NCBI GenBank assembly: GCA_039208735.1
Contig: JBCCQY010000103.1
Span: 1-33,373, forward strand
Origin: Myxococcota bacterium
GTDB lineage: Bacteria > Myxococcota_A > UBA796 > GCA-2862545
DNA length: 33,373 nt
Direction: 5' to 3'
Numbering within the stretch: the stretch's first letter is position 1; each line of letters starts with the position of its first letter. Below, piece by piece: positions 8,660 through 17,473 of the stretch. Below the pieces are notes generated by a model that was not told the origin of the DNA, did no database searches, and was given only the letters and a program-made list of their open reading frames with translations. The position numbers and the translations under genes are program-made.

Positions 8660-9611
8660 TCCCCTTCTTGCTCAGCCGACGCAGTAGGCTCGCCAAGTCA
8701 GAGGGAATAGGCGCTTCAAAACTCACCTCACGTCGATCGGTGGGGTGGAGGAACCCCAAGCGATGGGCATGCAACGCTTGGCGATTGAACCGGACCGACG
8801 GTTGGGTGCCGGGGTTGCGATAGGCGCGTTCTCCGATCAACGGATGACCGGCAAGTTGGGCATGAAGGCGGATTTGATTGCGGCGTCCGCTCACCAGCCG
8901 AACCTCGAGTTGGGTGGCCCGGTTCCCGAACCGACGGACCACTTCGAAGTCAGCCTCGGCGAGCCACGCCCCTTCGGCTTCGGCGGCGACCGGCCGTTGG
9001 TGTCGCCCCTTCCGGTCCCAGCGCATCCAATCGGCAAAGCGGCCGGCGTCCGGAGCGAAGGCTCCCTCCACCACGACGAGGTAGGCGCGAAGGGGTTTGC
9101 GGGCGACCCACTGGTCATGCAACGACTGCCGTGCGCGGGGGGTTTTGGCAAAGGCGACCACACCGGAGGTGTCGCGGTCGATCCGATGGGCGGGCCATAC
9201 GTCAGGCGTGCCGAGCCACGTTCGGATGCATTTGCGGAGGGTGTCTCGATTTCGGGCCTGGTCCCGGGTGGCGGCATCGGTGAGCAGTCCGACGGGTTTG
9301 TTGGCGACGAGGATGTCGGCGTCTTCGTAGACGATCGACACCTGGGCTCGCTGCAACGCCTCCCGAGCCGCGACCCGCCGGGGGTTGGTCCCCGGCCGAT
9401 TCCACGCCACCTCGATCCGCATACCCTGGTCGACGCTTTGGCCGCCGACCTCAGGGCCCACCAGCTCCCCGTTGAGCGACACTTTGCCCGATCGCAGGAC
9501 CTCTCGTGCTCGCTGCCGAGAGCCCACCCCCGGAAGCGAGGCGAGCACCTTGTCGAGCCGTCCGCCGGCTTCGGCCGCCGACACCGTGTGGTGCACCGTT
9601 GCGGACGTCAT
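8652..9611 (-). CDS. RluA-family (RluD-like) pseudouridine synthase with N-terminal S4 domain
   Basis: RLDKVL..SR (S4); IVYEDADILVANKPVGL; catalytic HRIDRDTSG; SGRRNQIRLH..GHPLIG; RQALHA..LGFLHP; ATG 9611 overlaps the upstream stop. Confidence 0.93.
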   Translation of the reverse strand: MTSATVHHTVSAAEAGGRLDKVLASLPGVGSRQRAREVLRSGKVSLNGELVGPEVGGQSVDQGMRIEVAWNRPGTNPRRVAAREALQRAQVSIVYEDADILVANKPVGLLTDAATRDQARNRDTLRKCIRTWLGTPDVWPAHRIDRDTSGVVAFAKTPRARQSLHDQWVARKPLRAYLVVVEGAFAPDAGRFADWMRWDRKGRHQRPVAAEAEGAWLAEADFEVVRRFGNRATQLEVRLVSGRRNQIRLHAQLAGHPLIGERAYRNPGTQPSVRFNRQALHAHRLGFLHPTDRREVSFEAPIPSDLASLLRRLSKKGIS

Positions 9612-11062
9612 GCGTTCAGGAACCGCAGGAAGTCGGTGGCGAAGATGATCCCAACCACGAGTCCGAGTCCCCCCGCGGCCAACCGGGCCCCCCACAACTC
9701 GTAGGTCGCGATGGGGAGTTGGACGTCGTACTGCCGCTTCGCGACTTGGTCGACAAGCGCCGTAAGATCGCTGAACGGCAGCGGGAGCAGGTTCCAGAGC
9801 ACCAGCAGGCTGTTCACAAACACCAGTGAGGCGCAAAGGCCCAAGATGTAGCGGAGACCGCGATCGGCAGAGTCTGGCGTGAGCACGGACGGGCTGCCGG
9901 GTCCTTGTGGGAGTCGCGTCACTCCCGTGAACAACGACCCGAATTGCTGGTAGAAGCCGGTAAGGACGGTCAGCGCTCGCTCGGGTCCGAAGTGGTCGAG
10001 AGCGGTCTGTTTCGCACGCGCGGAGCCCCCCATGCTGTTCACGCCGATCTGGTAGGTCGGTTCGCCATTGATGTCGAACAGGCGTGGTTGAATGGTCAAG
10101 TCCAGGGCCTTGCCTTGTCGCTGTACGGTGAGCGTGCGTCGGGCCTCCGGGTTGCGTTGCAGTTCTTCACCGAGCTGGAACCACCGCTCGATCGGAACCC
10201 CATCGAGGGCGACGATTCGGTCTCCGTCGAGCATCCCAGCTTCTTCGGCGGCCAAGCCTGGAATCACGCGTACATAGAGATCGGCCCGCTCGAGACCCCA
10301 GGCTTCCCCCGCTTCGCGAACGGCGAGGACGCGCTGGCCATCGCCAAGCACGACGGCCGCCTCGGTGATGACCTCCAGCACCTCGGCGACATCGTGGTGA
10401 GTCTCCGTCGTGCGTCCATTGATTTCGACGACGTGATGTCCGCTTTGCAGCCCCGCCCGCGCCAAGGGGGAATCGGGGTCACCCACTCCGATGGTGTTGC
10501 TCGGAGGGAAAGGACTGGCCTCCTGGAGCGACGGAACGGTGAGCTGAACGGGCGAGCCGTCACGGGTCACCGTCACCTGGGCGGGCCCGTCACCGAACGC
10601 CTCCATCGCGCCCGACCAAGTGGTCACGGACTGGCCGTCGACCTCCGTGATGACGTCATCGAGCTGTAAAGCGCGGTTTACGGGGATGTCGCCTACCACG
10701 GGGGCAGGAACGGATACGCCGGTCGCGCCGACGGCCACAAGCAGCAAGAAGGGCGCGACCGTCGCCATGAGGAGGCTTGCCAGGGGACCTGCGGCGAGGA
10801 AGGTCAGCGCTTGCGGCCAGGGGACGTCGTCGAGGTCGCCCCGGACGTAGCTGCCGGGCAAGAGTGCAGCACGAAAGCGTCCATCAGACGACGCAAACCA
10901 CTCCCATCCCAGCCCGATGCTCCCCCGAAAGGGAATGCCAAGCCAGGTCGCGACGAAAGCATGAGCCCCCGAGTGGGCCAGGGCAGGAATGAACAGGCCC
11001 GAACTGCAGAGCCAGAGTGGTAGCGCCACGATGGCCAGTGCGATGCGAAGAAGCCGGTGCAC
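9608..11062 (-). CDS. RseP/M50-like membrane protein with multiple PDZ-like domains and a degenerate HExxH motif
   Basis: GTG 11062 after GGGAGGG; HSGAH in place of HExxH, SIGLG, LPGSYV, AAGPLAS, three PDZ-like segments (DDVITEVDG, GLQSGHHVVEING, GMLDGDRIVALDG), NLLPLPFSD. Confidence 0.82.
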   Translation of the reverse strand: MHRLLRIALAIVALPLWLCSSGLFIPALAHSGAHAFVATWLGIPFRGSIGLGWEWFASSDGRFRAALLPGSYVRGDLDDVPWPQALTFLAAGPLASLLMATVAPFLLLVAVGATGVSVPAPVVGDIPVNRALQLDDVITEVDGQSVTTWSGAMEAFGDGPAQVTVTRDGSPVQLTVPSLQEASPFPPSNTIGVGDPDSPLARAGLQSGHHVVEINGRTTETHHDVAEVLEVITEAAVVLGDGQRVLAVREAGEAWGLERADLYVRVIPGLAAEEAGMLDGDRIVALDGVPIERWFQLGEELQRNPEARRTLTVQRQGKALDLTIQPRLFDINGEPTYQIGVNSMGGSARAKQTALDHFGPERALTVLTGFYQQFGSLFTGVTRLPQGPGSPSVLTPDSADRGLRYILGLCASLVFVNSLLVLWNLLPLPFSDLTALVDQVAKRQYDVQLPIATYELWGARLAAGGLGLVVGIIFATDFLRFLNA

Positions 11063-11186
11063 GAGTGTCCCTCCCCGCGGACCGATAGATCGTTGACGGC
11101 TGCTGCGCCACGATGAGGCCTTGAACAATCCACGGTGGCCACGGAAAATCGGTGCCCCTCCCGGGTAAGGCAATCGGAGGTGCATC

Positions 11187-12022
11187 ATGTTGTGGTGGGG
11201 ATGGACGGTGGCCCTGGCGGGCGATGGACTGACCGCACAATCGGTGGTCGCATCGGCCCCGGATGCCGAGGCACTCATCGCCGCGTGCCAGTTCGGTTGC
11301 GATGTTTCACACGAGGAACTTGCCGAGGCGTTCGTCGTTTCGGCGTTGGCCGCAGCCCTCGAAGGGCGCCGCGACGCGGTTGCGGTTGCCAACGCGCAAG
11401 CGCTTGCCCCAACCGCGACCCTGCCTTGGGAGATGATGCTTCCCGAGGCCGCCCCGGTCCCGGAGCGTTGGGTGGTGGAGTGGATCGACGAGCGAACCGC
11501 CAAGCCCACGCTCACGCCGGTGCCCCTGACGCTGCCAACTGTCGTGCGCCTCGGGTTGGCGGGCCTTGGCCCGGGAGATTTTGCAGGGGGGCGCATGGAT
11601 TTGGAAGTGCGGGGTTCGGTGGGCCGGTTTGGCGTGCTTGCCGAGTTGTCGGGGGCCCGTCTGGAAGCCATCGTGCCCGGTCGTCCCGGGCTTCGGCTGC
11701 CGAGGCAGCACGCTTCCGCCACCGTTGGGTGTCCGGCCGGTTCGACGCCTCGATCGGCACTTCAGCGCCCCGCTATGCGAGGGATTACCTATCGTTTCGA
11801 CGTCGGGGGTCCGAGGAATTCGGATCCCTCGAATGGTCCCTTCGTCCTCCTATGGAGTACTGGGGACGTTTGGGTTGGGAAACCCTGTTCTTACCTACGG
11901 ACCAGCTGCAGATCTCGGTCGGCGTGGCCGGATGGCTTCGGCACTACGTCGGCGGCTCGTTCGATCACCGAGAGACCCTTTCGGGCCTAGAAACGAGGCT
12001 CGGGGTTGGTTGGCGGCTGTAG
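11187..12022 (+). CDS. Hypothetical secreted or outer-membrane beta-barrel-like protein, apparently frameshifted near 11727
   Basis: ATG 11187 after GGAGG; signal MLWWGWTVALA; amphipathic strands continue in a second frame and end in an OMP-like C-terminus GLETRLGVGWRL. Confidence 0.55.
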
Positions 12023-12031
12023 GAGTCACGA

Positions 12032-12940
12032 TTGTTGAAGGCGAGCTTGAAACAACCGCTTGAGCGCGTCTCCGGCCGGATTCCGGTGGCGGTGACCGAG
12101 GCTGCGTTCGATGCGCAGATGCTCGCCAAGCTCGACGCGCGATTCGCAGCGACCAGGGACTGGGTCCGGCACGATCAGAACTTTTATCGCTGCTTCATCG
12201 CGGAGGCGGACGATGCGCTGCCCGACTCCATCCAGACCGGGCTGCGAGATGCGGTGGGAGCGGCGCTTGGGCTCCCCTTGGCCGCGACGGTGCGCATTAC
12301 GGTCCAGCGGATGACCACCGGCGACGGGGCGGATCGGCATACCGATCGACCCTTGGTGGGCTACGAGGCCGCGCGGTTCATCCTTCAGCTCGACACACCA
12401 CGCGGGGGATGCTTCCGGCTGCTTGAGGCGGAAGGGCAGGGGCGAGCTTGGCTTCAGCGACCCGCCGTCCGAAACCAAGCGCTCGCGTTCGAGCTTTGTA
12501 CGGACGCCGATCACGACGTGACCCCGTGCGTGGATGCACGGCGCACCCTCGTCGTCCACTTCTGGCATCGTGCGAATCCTCCTCATGCGCGAGACCTCGT
12601 GCACCAATGGCTCGCGCCCATGTCGTTCGCCTCGCTCCCCTCGGTCCTCGACCCGCTCATCGCCGAAGCCGACGCGAACTTCGACGACCGCGTGACGGGG
12701 GTGGCGGGCCGGGTGGCGTGGCTGATTGGGCAGTGGGGTGGGACACCGGCCGACGTGTCGGAGGCGTTCATTCGGGTGCTGAAAGGCGCGTTGGCGGGAA
12801 CAGAGGCTGAAGCACGTGCGCGATTCATCGTGGAACTCGCCCTCGATTCATTCGATCGTTCGACGTTTGAAGCGTTGCCCGTGTCGAGTCAACGCTGGTG
12901 GTTCAGCGCCCTTTCGTCCATGAACGTTGAGCGCTTCTAG
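12032..12940 (+). CDS. 2OG-Fe(II) oxygenase superfamily protein (prolyl-hydroxylase-like) with C-terminal helical extension
   Basis: Facial triad HTD ... HDVTP followed by RRTLV; RBS AGGAG; TTG start. Confidence 0.75.
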   Translation: MLKASLKQPLERVSGRIPVAVTEAAFDAQMLAKLDARFAATRDWVRHDQNFYRCFIAEADDALPDSIQTGLRDAVGAALGLPLAATVRITVQRMTTGDGADRHTDRPLVGYEAARFILQLDTPRGGCFRLLEAEGQGRAWLQRPAVRNQALAFELCTDADHDVTPCVDARRTLVVHFWHRANPPHARDLVHQWLAPMSFASLPSVLDPLIAEADANFDDRVTGVAGRVAWLIGQWGGTPADVSEAFIRVLKGALAGTEAEARARFIVELALDSFDRSTFEALPVSSQRWWFSALSSMNVERF

Positions 12941-12978
12941 AAGATCGAGCCGTCGCAATCCCAGCCCACCGGCCTCCG

Positions 12979-13767
12979 TCACCGCGTGGCGAGCCGCAGT
13001 CGAGCGATGGTCGCCACCACGTCGGAACGCTCGCAGCGACATCCCTCGGGAATCTCCGCCAGTAAGGTATCGGGGGGCTGGCCATTCGCGAGTGCAACCT
13101 GGACCCTGCTTCCGCCAGGGGCGTCGAACACGAGCGCCTCGGCGGGGGCGGAAAGCCGTTCGAGGACCTTGCCATCGTCATGGCGGATTTCGACCTGTCC
13201 CTCCTGCACCACGACCATGGCCACGCCAGAACGGGCCTCCACCACAAAACGTGTGCCCACCGGCGCAAAGGTCACGGGCAGGTCGACCAATGCGACGGCC
13301 GATACACCGGGATCATGCTTGGCATCGTGTCGGTATCCGATGCGGCCATGACCCAATACGGCGCGGTCCCCCACGATGCGGAATCCTGCATGGGGCGCAG
13401 GCGTCAACCCGGGGTCCTTCGGAGGCGGCGTGGGGCGAGGTGGAGTGGTCACCAGACGGCGTCGGGGGACGGGGGGTGGCTCGGCGGGCACCGGCATCAC
13501 GCGAGGCGGCACCGGCAGGGGTACCGGCGTTTCGAAGGGCGGCGGGTGTTCCACAATGGACGGGGCCTTGGCGGGCCGAGGGGCTTGCGTGAGCCAGAGT
13601 GCCGCGGCGGCCACGAGTGCGACTCCAACTCCGAGCCACCCCCACGGACGTCGTCGCTGTGCGACCACGCGAGGAGCCAAGCGGTCGACCGCTCGATCCA
13701 GGGCCCCCAAGCGGGGGTCGGCGAAGTCGGAGGGCGAGAAGGCATCGAGCCAGTCGTCGTCGTTCAT
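12979..13767 (-). CDS. Membrane-anchored FecR-like anti-sigma factor
   Basis: ATGA overlap with the sigma-like gene; short cytoplasmic N-terminus, one TM (WGWLGVGVALVAAAALWL), Pro-rich linker, FecR signature VGTRFVV....VVVQEGQVEI. Confidence 0.7.
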   Translation of the reverse strand: MNDDDWLDAFSPSDFADPRLGALDRAVDRLAPRVVAQRRRPWGWLGVGVALVAAAALWLTQAPRPAKAPSIVEHPPPFETPVPLPVPPRVMPVPAEPPPVPRRRLVTTPPRPTPPPKDPGLTPAPHAGFRIVGDRAVLGHGRIGYRHDAKHDPGVSAVALVDLPVTFAPVGTRFVVEARSGVAMVVVQEGQVEIRHDDGKVLERLSAPAEALVFDAPGGSRVQVALANGQPPDTLLAEIPEGCRCERSDVVATIARLRLATR

Positions 13768-14173
13768 TTCGCCTCCGAAGGGGGATCGAAGAGGTCGGCG
13801 GGAGTGAGGTCGAGCTGCTCGAGCGCGGCTTTGCACCGACGGCGCAAGCGCTTTTTGGCGGCTTCGTAGGTAGGAACGGTGAGCCCGAGCTGCCGCGCCG
13901 CCTCGGCGGCATCGACGGCCCGGGCCCGTTGTCGAATCCACACTTCGAAGACCGCTCGCTCCTCGGGCTCGAGAAGCGCCAACATCCGGTGCCGGTTTGT
14001 GGTGGCCTCGTCGGCTTCAAGGTGGTGGGCCGGTGTGGACGAACATCTTCCGCCTCTTCGAGAGAGGCGCCGAGGCGCTGCGCGAAGACGAGCAGCCGCC
14101 GAGCGAGTTCGCGCCAGGGAATCGCTTCGCCGTTCCCGGCGTCGTCGAGTTCAGGGAAGGGTTGCACGGGCAT
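13764..14173 (-). pseudogene. ECF sigma factor-like gene interrupted by an internal deletion/frameshift
   Basis: One frame gives the region 2 start WRELARRLLVFAQRLGASLEEAEDV; another gives the region 4-like LALLEPEERAVFEVW...AEAARQLGL...KKRLR; junction near 14041 with the rest of region 2 missing. Confidence 0.6.
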
Positions 14174-14222
14174 CTCCGTGGCCGATGCCCCTCCTACACG
14201 CGTGACGCCACCGTTTGCCGCC

Positions 14223-15332
14223 TCACGTCCGAAACGCTTGCCACTCCGCGTTTCCATGCTCCACTTGCCACGTCGAATAGCCTCCTCGTTCGTCAACTCC
14301 AGCCGAACCCGCGTCGCGGGCTGCCGCCGCCTTGGGAGGGATGTTGAGACGCTTCTGGGCCTCCTCGAGAGGGAGGGAAGCGAGTTCGAAATAGTCGACG
14401 CCTCCCACCAAATCGACGTTCACCTCACGTCCCCGACGAAGCGCATCCGCGAGTCGAATGCACATGCCCTCATCGTCGAGGTGGCCCCGATCCGCTTCAA
14501 GGACGCCGCCGGCGGCGGTCGGCACGTAGCCCGTCTCGAAGACGCCGAGCACGGTCGCAAGCCATGAAAAGCCATGGGGATTGGGGTCGGCGGAGCTGAT
14601 GAAGGCAAAGGTTTCGATCTCGCCTTCCATCGTGGCTCCGTAGTCCGCCAACACATGGATGAAGTCGTGCTGGGCAAGCGTGGGGGCGACGGATTCGGGT
14701 TCACCGGGAAACGCGAAGCCCCGCGACCGGTAGAAGCGCCACACCGCTCGGCCCAGAGAGCCTTCGGGCAGGGTGCCGAGCTGTTCCCATTCGGCCTTGA
14801 GTTCGGCATCGTCGTGCACGTGCTCGAAGGGTTCGGTGAGGGTTCGATGCACGTGCAGGCGCTGTTCAAGATTGCCGTGGTCGTCGAAGTCGTGGAAGTA
14901 GCCGTTGCGGTCGAGGTCCTTCAGTGCGAGGCCAAAGGCCCCTTCGGCATAGTCGCGCCCGACGGTGAGCAGGTCGTCTTCGACCCCGAGCGCCTTGGCA
15001 TAGGTTTCGACCTTGGCGGCAACCTCGGGCGGCAACGGGTCAAGAATCAGCTCGAGGACCATCATGAATTGCACCACCCGGTGCCGCACGGGCTCGGGTT
15101 GGCCGTTCAAGGCCTGCGCCAGCTCCTCGGCGCTTGCCGGCGACTCATGGTCGACATCAAAGTCGACGCCGAGAATGGAGCTACCGATGGCCCGGAGGAT
15201 TCGCCGTTGGGTGTTGGTGAGTTGGCCATGATCGGCCACCGCGCCGACGAGGCCGCGCTCAATGTCGCGACGCAGTTCGAACGGCAGGGGCGCAAAATCA
15301 GGATCGGTAGTCGGAATGGCGTGGGTCGTCAT
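14223..15332 (-). CDS. Coq4-like metal-binding protein with an N-terminal helical (TerB-like?) domain
   Basis: LGTLPEGSLGR..F and HDFIHVLADYGATMEGE, matching the Coq4 motif HDxxH-x11-E. Confidence 0.7.
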   Translation of the reverse strand: MTTHAIPTTDPDFAPLPFELRRDIERGLVGAVADHGQLTNTQRRILRAIGSSILGVDFDVDHESPASAEELAQALNGQPEPVRHRVVQFMMVLELILDPLPPEVAAKVETYAKALGVEDDLLTVGRDYAEGAFGLALKDLDRNGYFHDFDDHGNLEQRLHVHRTLTEPFEHVHDDAELKAEWEQLGTLPEGSLGRAVWRFYRSRGFAFPGEPESVAPTLAQHDFIHVLADYGATMEGEIETFAFISSADPNPHGFSWLATVLGVFETGYVPTAAGGVLEADRGHLDDEGMCIRLADALRRGREVNVDLVGGVDYFELASLPLEEAQKRLNIPPKAAAARDAGSAGVDERGGYSTWQVEHGNAEWQAFRT

Positions 15333-15391
15333 GATGCGACGATACCGTTGTCTGCAGACCTTGGGCACCTGCCCGAACCGGTAGTCTTGTC

Positions 15392-16411
15392 TTGATGCAC
15401 ATTCGACGCAATCGTGGCCGTCCGTCCCGTCGTTTTCGCCTTTGGCGGCGATTTCGTATCGTTTATCGACGCCTTTGGATGGCTCTGTTCTTCGCCTTCT
15501 TGCTTGGCATTGGAGGTGGGGCCGGTGTCGCGTTGGGGCACGGCGCGTGGGCATGGTTGGCCGGTTTGGGAGCGTTGCTGTTGTTGTGGCCGCTTGCGGG
15601 CTTGGCGACCTTCCGCATTGCACGGCCTCTCGTCGAGGTGGCGCGGGTCGCCCAAGAGCTTCGGACCGGGCAGCTCGACCGACGTTCCGAGCTTCAGGGG
15701 GGCGACGATGAAGTGGGAGAGGTCGCCGGGGCGCTGCGTACGATGGCAGACCAAGTTGCCCGCCAACTCGACGACCAGCGGGCGCTGATGGCTGCCGTGT
15801 CGCACGAGCTGCGGAGCCCCCTTGCGCGGTTGCGGGTGCTCGTGGAGCTGTCGCGCGAGGGACGGGCGCCCGAAGGTCTCCACGATGAGCTGCAGATCGA
15901 GATCGATGGCATGGATCGGTTGGTCGGTGACTTGCTCGCCGCCTCGCGCATCGACTTCGCAGCGGTGGAACGGTCTGCGTTGCCCGTACGCAACGTCGCC
16001 CTGCGTGCGCTCGAGATGGCGGATCGGGATCCGGCGACCCTCGACCTCGATCGTGATGGGACGGTGCTCGCCGATCCCACGCTGGTCTCCCGAGCCCTCT
16101 CGGTGTTGCTCGACAACGCGGTGCGCCACGGGGCCGAGCCGGTTCGCCTGCAGGTTCGTCACGAAGATGACGGCGTCGCGTTTTCGGTCCTCGATGAGGG
16201 ACCAGGGTTCCCCGACGGCGGTGAGGAGGCGGTCTTCGCGCCGTTCGTGAAGGGAGACGTTCGCGGAGGCGGGGAAGGCCTGGGCCTTGCGCTAGTGCGC
16301 CGCATCGCCCAAGCCCACGAAGGCCGCGCCTGGGCCGAGAACCGGCCGGAAGGGGGCGCGCGTGTCACCCTGTGGTTGCCCGTCGCGGTTCGCGAAGACC
16401 GCGCTGCCTGA
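15392..16411 (+). CDS. HAMP-domain sensor histidine kinase
   Basis: Two TMs, HAMP (IARPL...DEVGEVA), H-box SHELRSPL, N-box LLDNAVRHG, G1 DEGPG, G2 GEGLGL. Confidence 0.95.
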   Translation: MMHIRRNRGRPSRRFRLWRRFRIVYRRLWMALFFAFLLGIGGGAGVALGHGAWAWLAGLGALLLLWPLAGLATFRIARPLVEVARVAQELRTGQLDRRSELQGGDDEVGEVAGALRTMADQVARQLDDQRALMAAVSHELRSPLARLRVLVELSREGRAPEGLHDELQIEIDGMDRLVGDLLAASRIDFAAVERSALPVRNVALRALEMADRDPATLDLDRDGTVLADPTLVSRALSVLLDNAVRHGAEPVRLQVRHEDDGVAFSVLDEGPGFPDGGEEAVFAPFVKGDVRGGGEGLGLALVRRIAQAHEGRAWAENRPEGGARVTLWLPVAVREDRAA

Positions 16412-16432
16412 CCCTTTTCCTGGAGAACGACC

Positions 16433-17419
16433 ATGCAGTCCGCAGCCGAACGTCCTGAACCGACTGTCCAGCGCAAGGCCGCCATCGTCACCGGCGCAGC
16501 CACCGATCATGCCGGCAAGGTCGAGGTCCGGCCCATCGCGAACTTCGATTTGAACCGCACCATCTTTCAGACATTGGAAGGCGGGTTGACCCGTTCGATC
16601 ATGGCCGCGCGAGTGGGCAAGGAGGTGGTGTGGAAGCCGTCCCCAGGGTCATCGTTTAGCGACGCTTACACCGAGCTGCGGGATGGCGAAACCCTGCCCG
16701 ACATTCGGCCTTCGTTGTTGACCTTCATGGTCGATGAGTGTGACTTTGACGTCGAACACGCCGACGGTTCCTTCCTCGACCACCTCTACTTCTGCTTCGA
16801 ATACAGCGCGAAACACTACCCCGATCACTCCGCCATCGTGATGCTGACGCATTCGATCTTGGGGACGGGAACCAACACGTTTGCCATGACGGCCGACAAG
16901 ATTCCTGCGTTGCGGGAGCACCTGACCGACTTCGAATGGCGTCACATCGAAGCGTTTCCCTCGGTCCTCCGACTGCTCTACGATCTTCCATTGCGCGAGG
17001 AGCTGCGCGCCAACTTGCACCGTCTCGACGAGCTGTCGTCGATTTCGATGCGTCGGGTCATCGACAATGAGCCTATCGAGCTGTCGGCCGACGACTTCTG
17101 GATCCAGATGAACTACCAGCTCATCCACCTGCTTGACTTCCTGCCGGTGGCGAATTGGCGTCACCATCAAAACGAAACGTCGTTCATCGTTTTTCGTGAC
17201 CTCTACGATTTGCTCGAGCGCGCGGGCAAGCGGGACGCCAAGCTCGAATACACAGAAGGATCAGGTGCTTCGGGCATTCAGGGCGAGCGGCGAACCATGA
17301 CCGGGGTGATCGCCGACCTGTTGCCCGTCGGCCTGTCAGAGCGCATGGCGGCTCGCTCGGTACGCCGGTTCTCCGAGCGCATTGGCCACGACATCTCCTA
17401 CGCTCTCACCTGGAAATGA
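16433..17419 (+). CDS. Hypothetical protein with a DUF6817/HD-like motif
   Basis: RBS GGAG; long ORF with strong codon bias; EHADGSFLDHL ... HSILGT resembles the DUF6817 pattern H..R.LL.HL ... HSIYGT. Confidence 0.7.
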   Translation: MQSAAERPEPTVQRKAAIVTGAATDHAGKVEVRPIANFDLNRTIFQTLEGGLTRSIMAARVGKEVVWKPSPGSSFSDAYTELRDGETLPDIRPSLLTFMVDECDFDVEHADGSFLDHLYFCFEYSAKHYPDHSAIVMLTHSILGTGTNTFAMTADKIPALREHLTDFEWRHIEAFPSVLRLLYDLPLREELRANLHRLDELSSISMRRVIDNEPIELSADDFWIQMNYQLIHLLDFLPVANWRHHQNETSFIVFRDLYDLLERAGKRDAKLEYTEGSGASGIQGERRTMTGVIADLLPVGLSERMAARSVRRFSERIGHDISYALTWK

Positions 17420-17428
17420 GCGCTCATT
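17415..17428. promoter_or_regulatory. Perfect 14-bp palindrome, candidate repressor operator
   Basis: AATGAGCGCTCATT is self-complementary, AT-rich for this genome, and lies about 45 bp upstream of the MDR oxidoreductase gene. Confidence 0.5.
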
Positions 17429-17473
17429 CATTGTCTCGTTAGGAGCCAAGGAGGTCAAAACGGGGGGAGCGTT

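Noticed and set aside
11063..11722. N-terminal extension of the RseP-like ORF (704 aa in the ORF track)
   Set aside because: Overlaps the + strand gene at 11187; GTG 11062 has a good RBS and matches the RseP domain start
13313..14296. 327-aa minus-strand ORF as a complete gene
   Set aside because: Only the 14173-14042 part looks coding; the remainder is out-of-frame read-through across the sigma4 piece and the FecR-like gene
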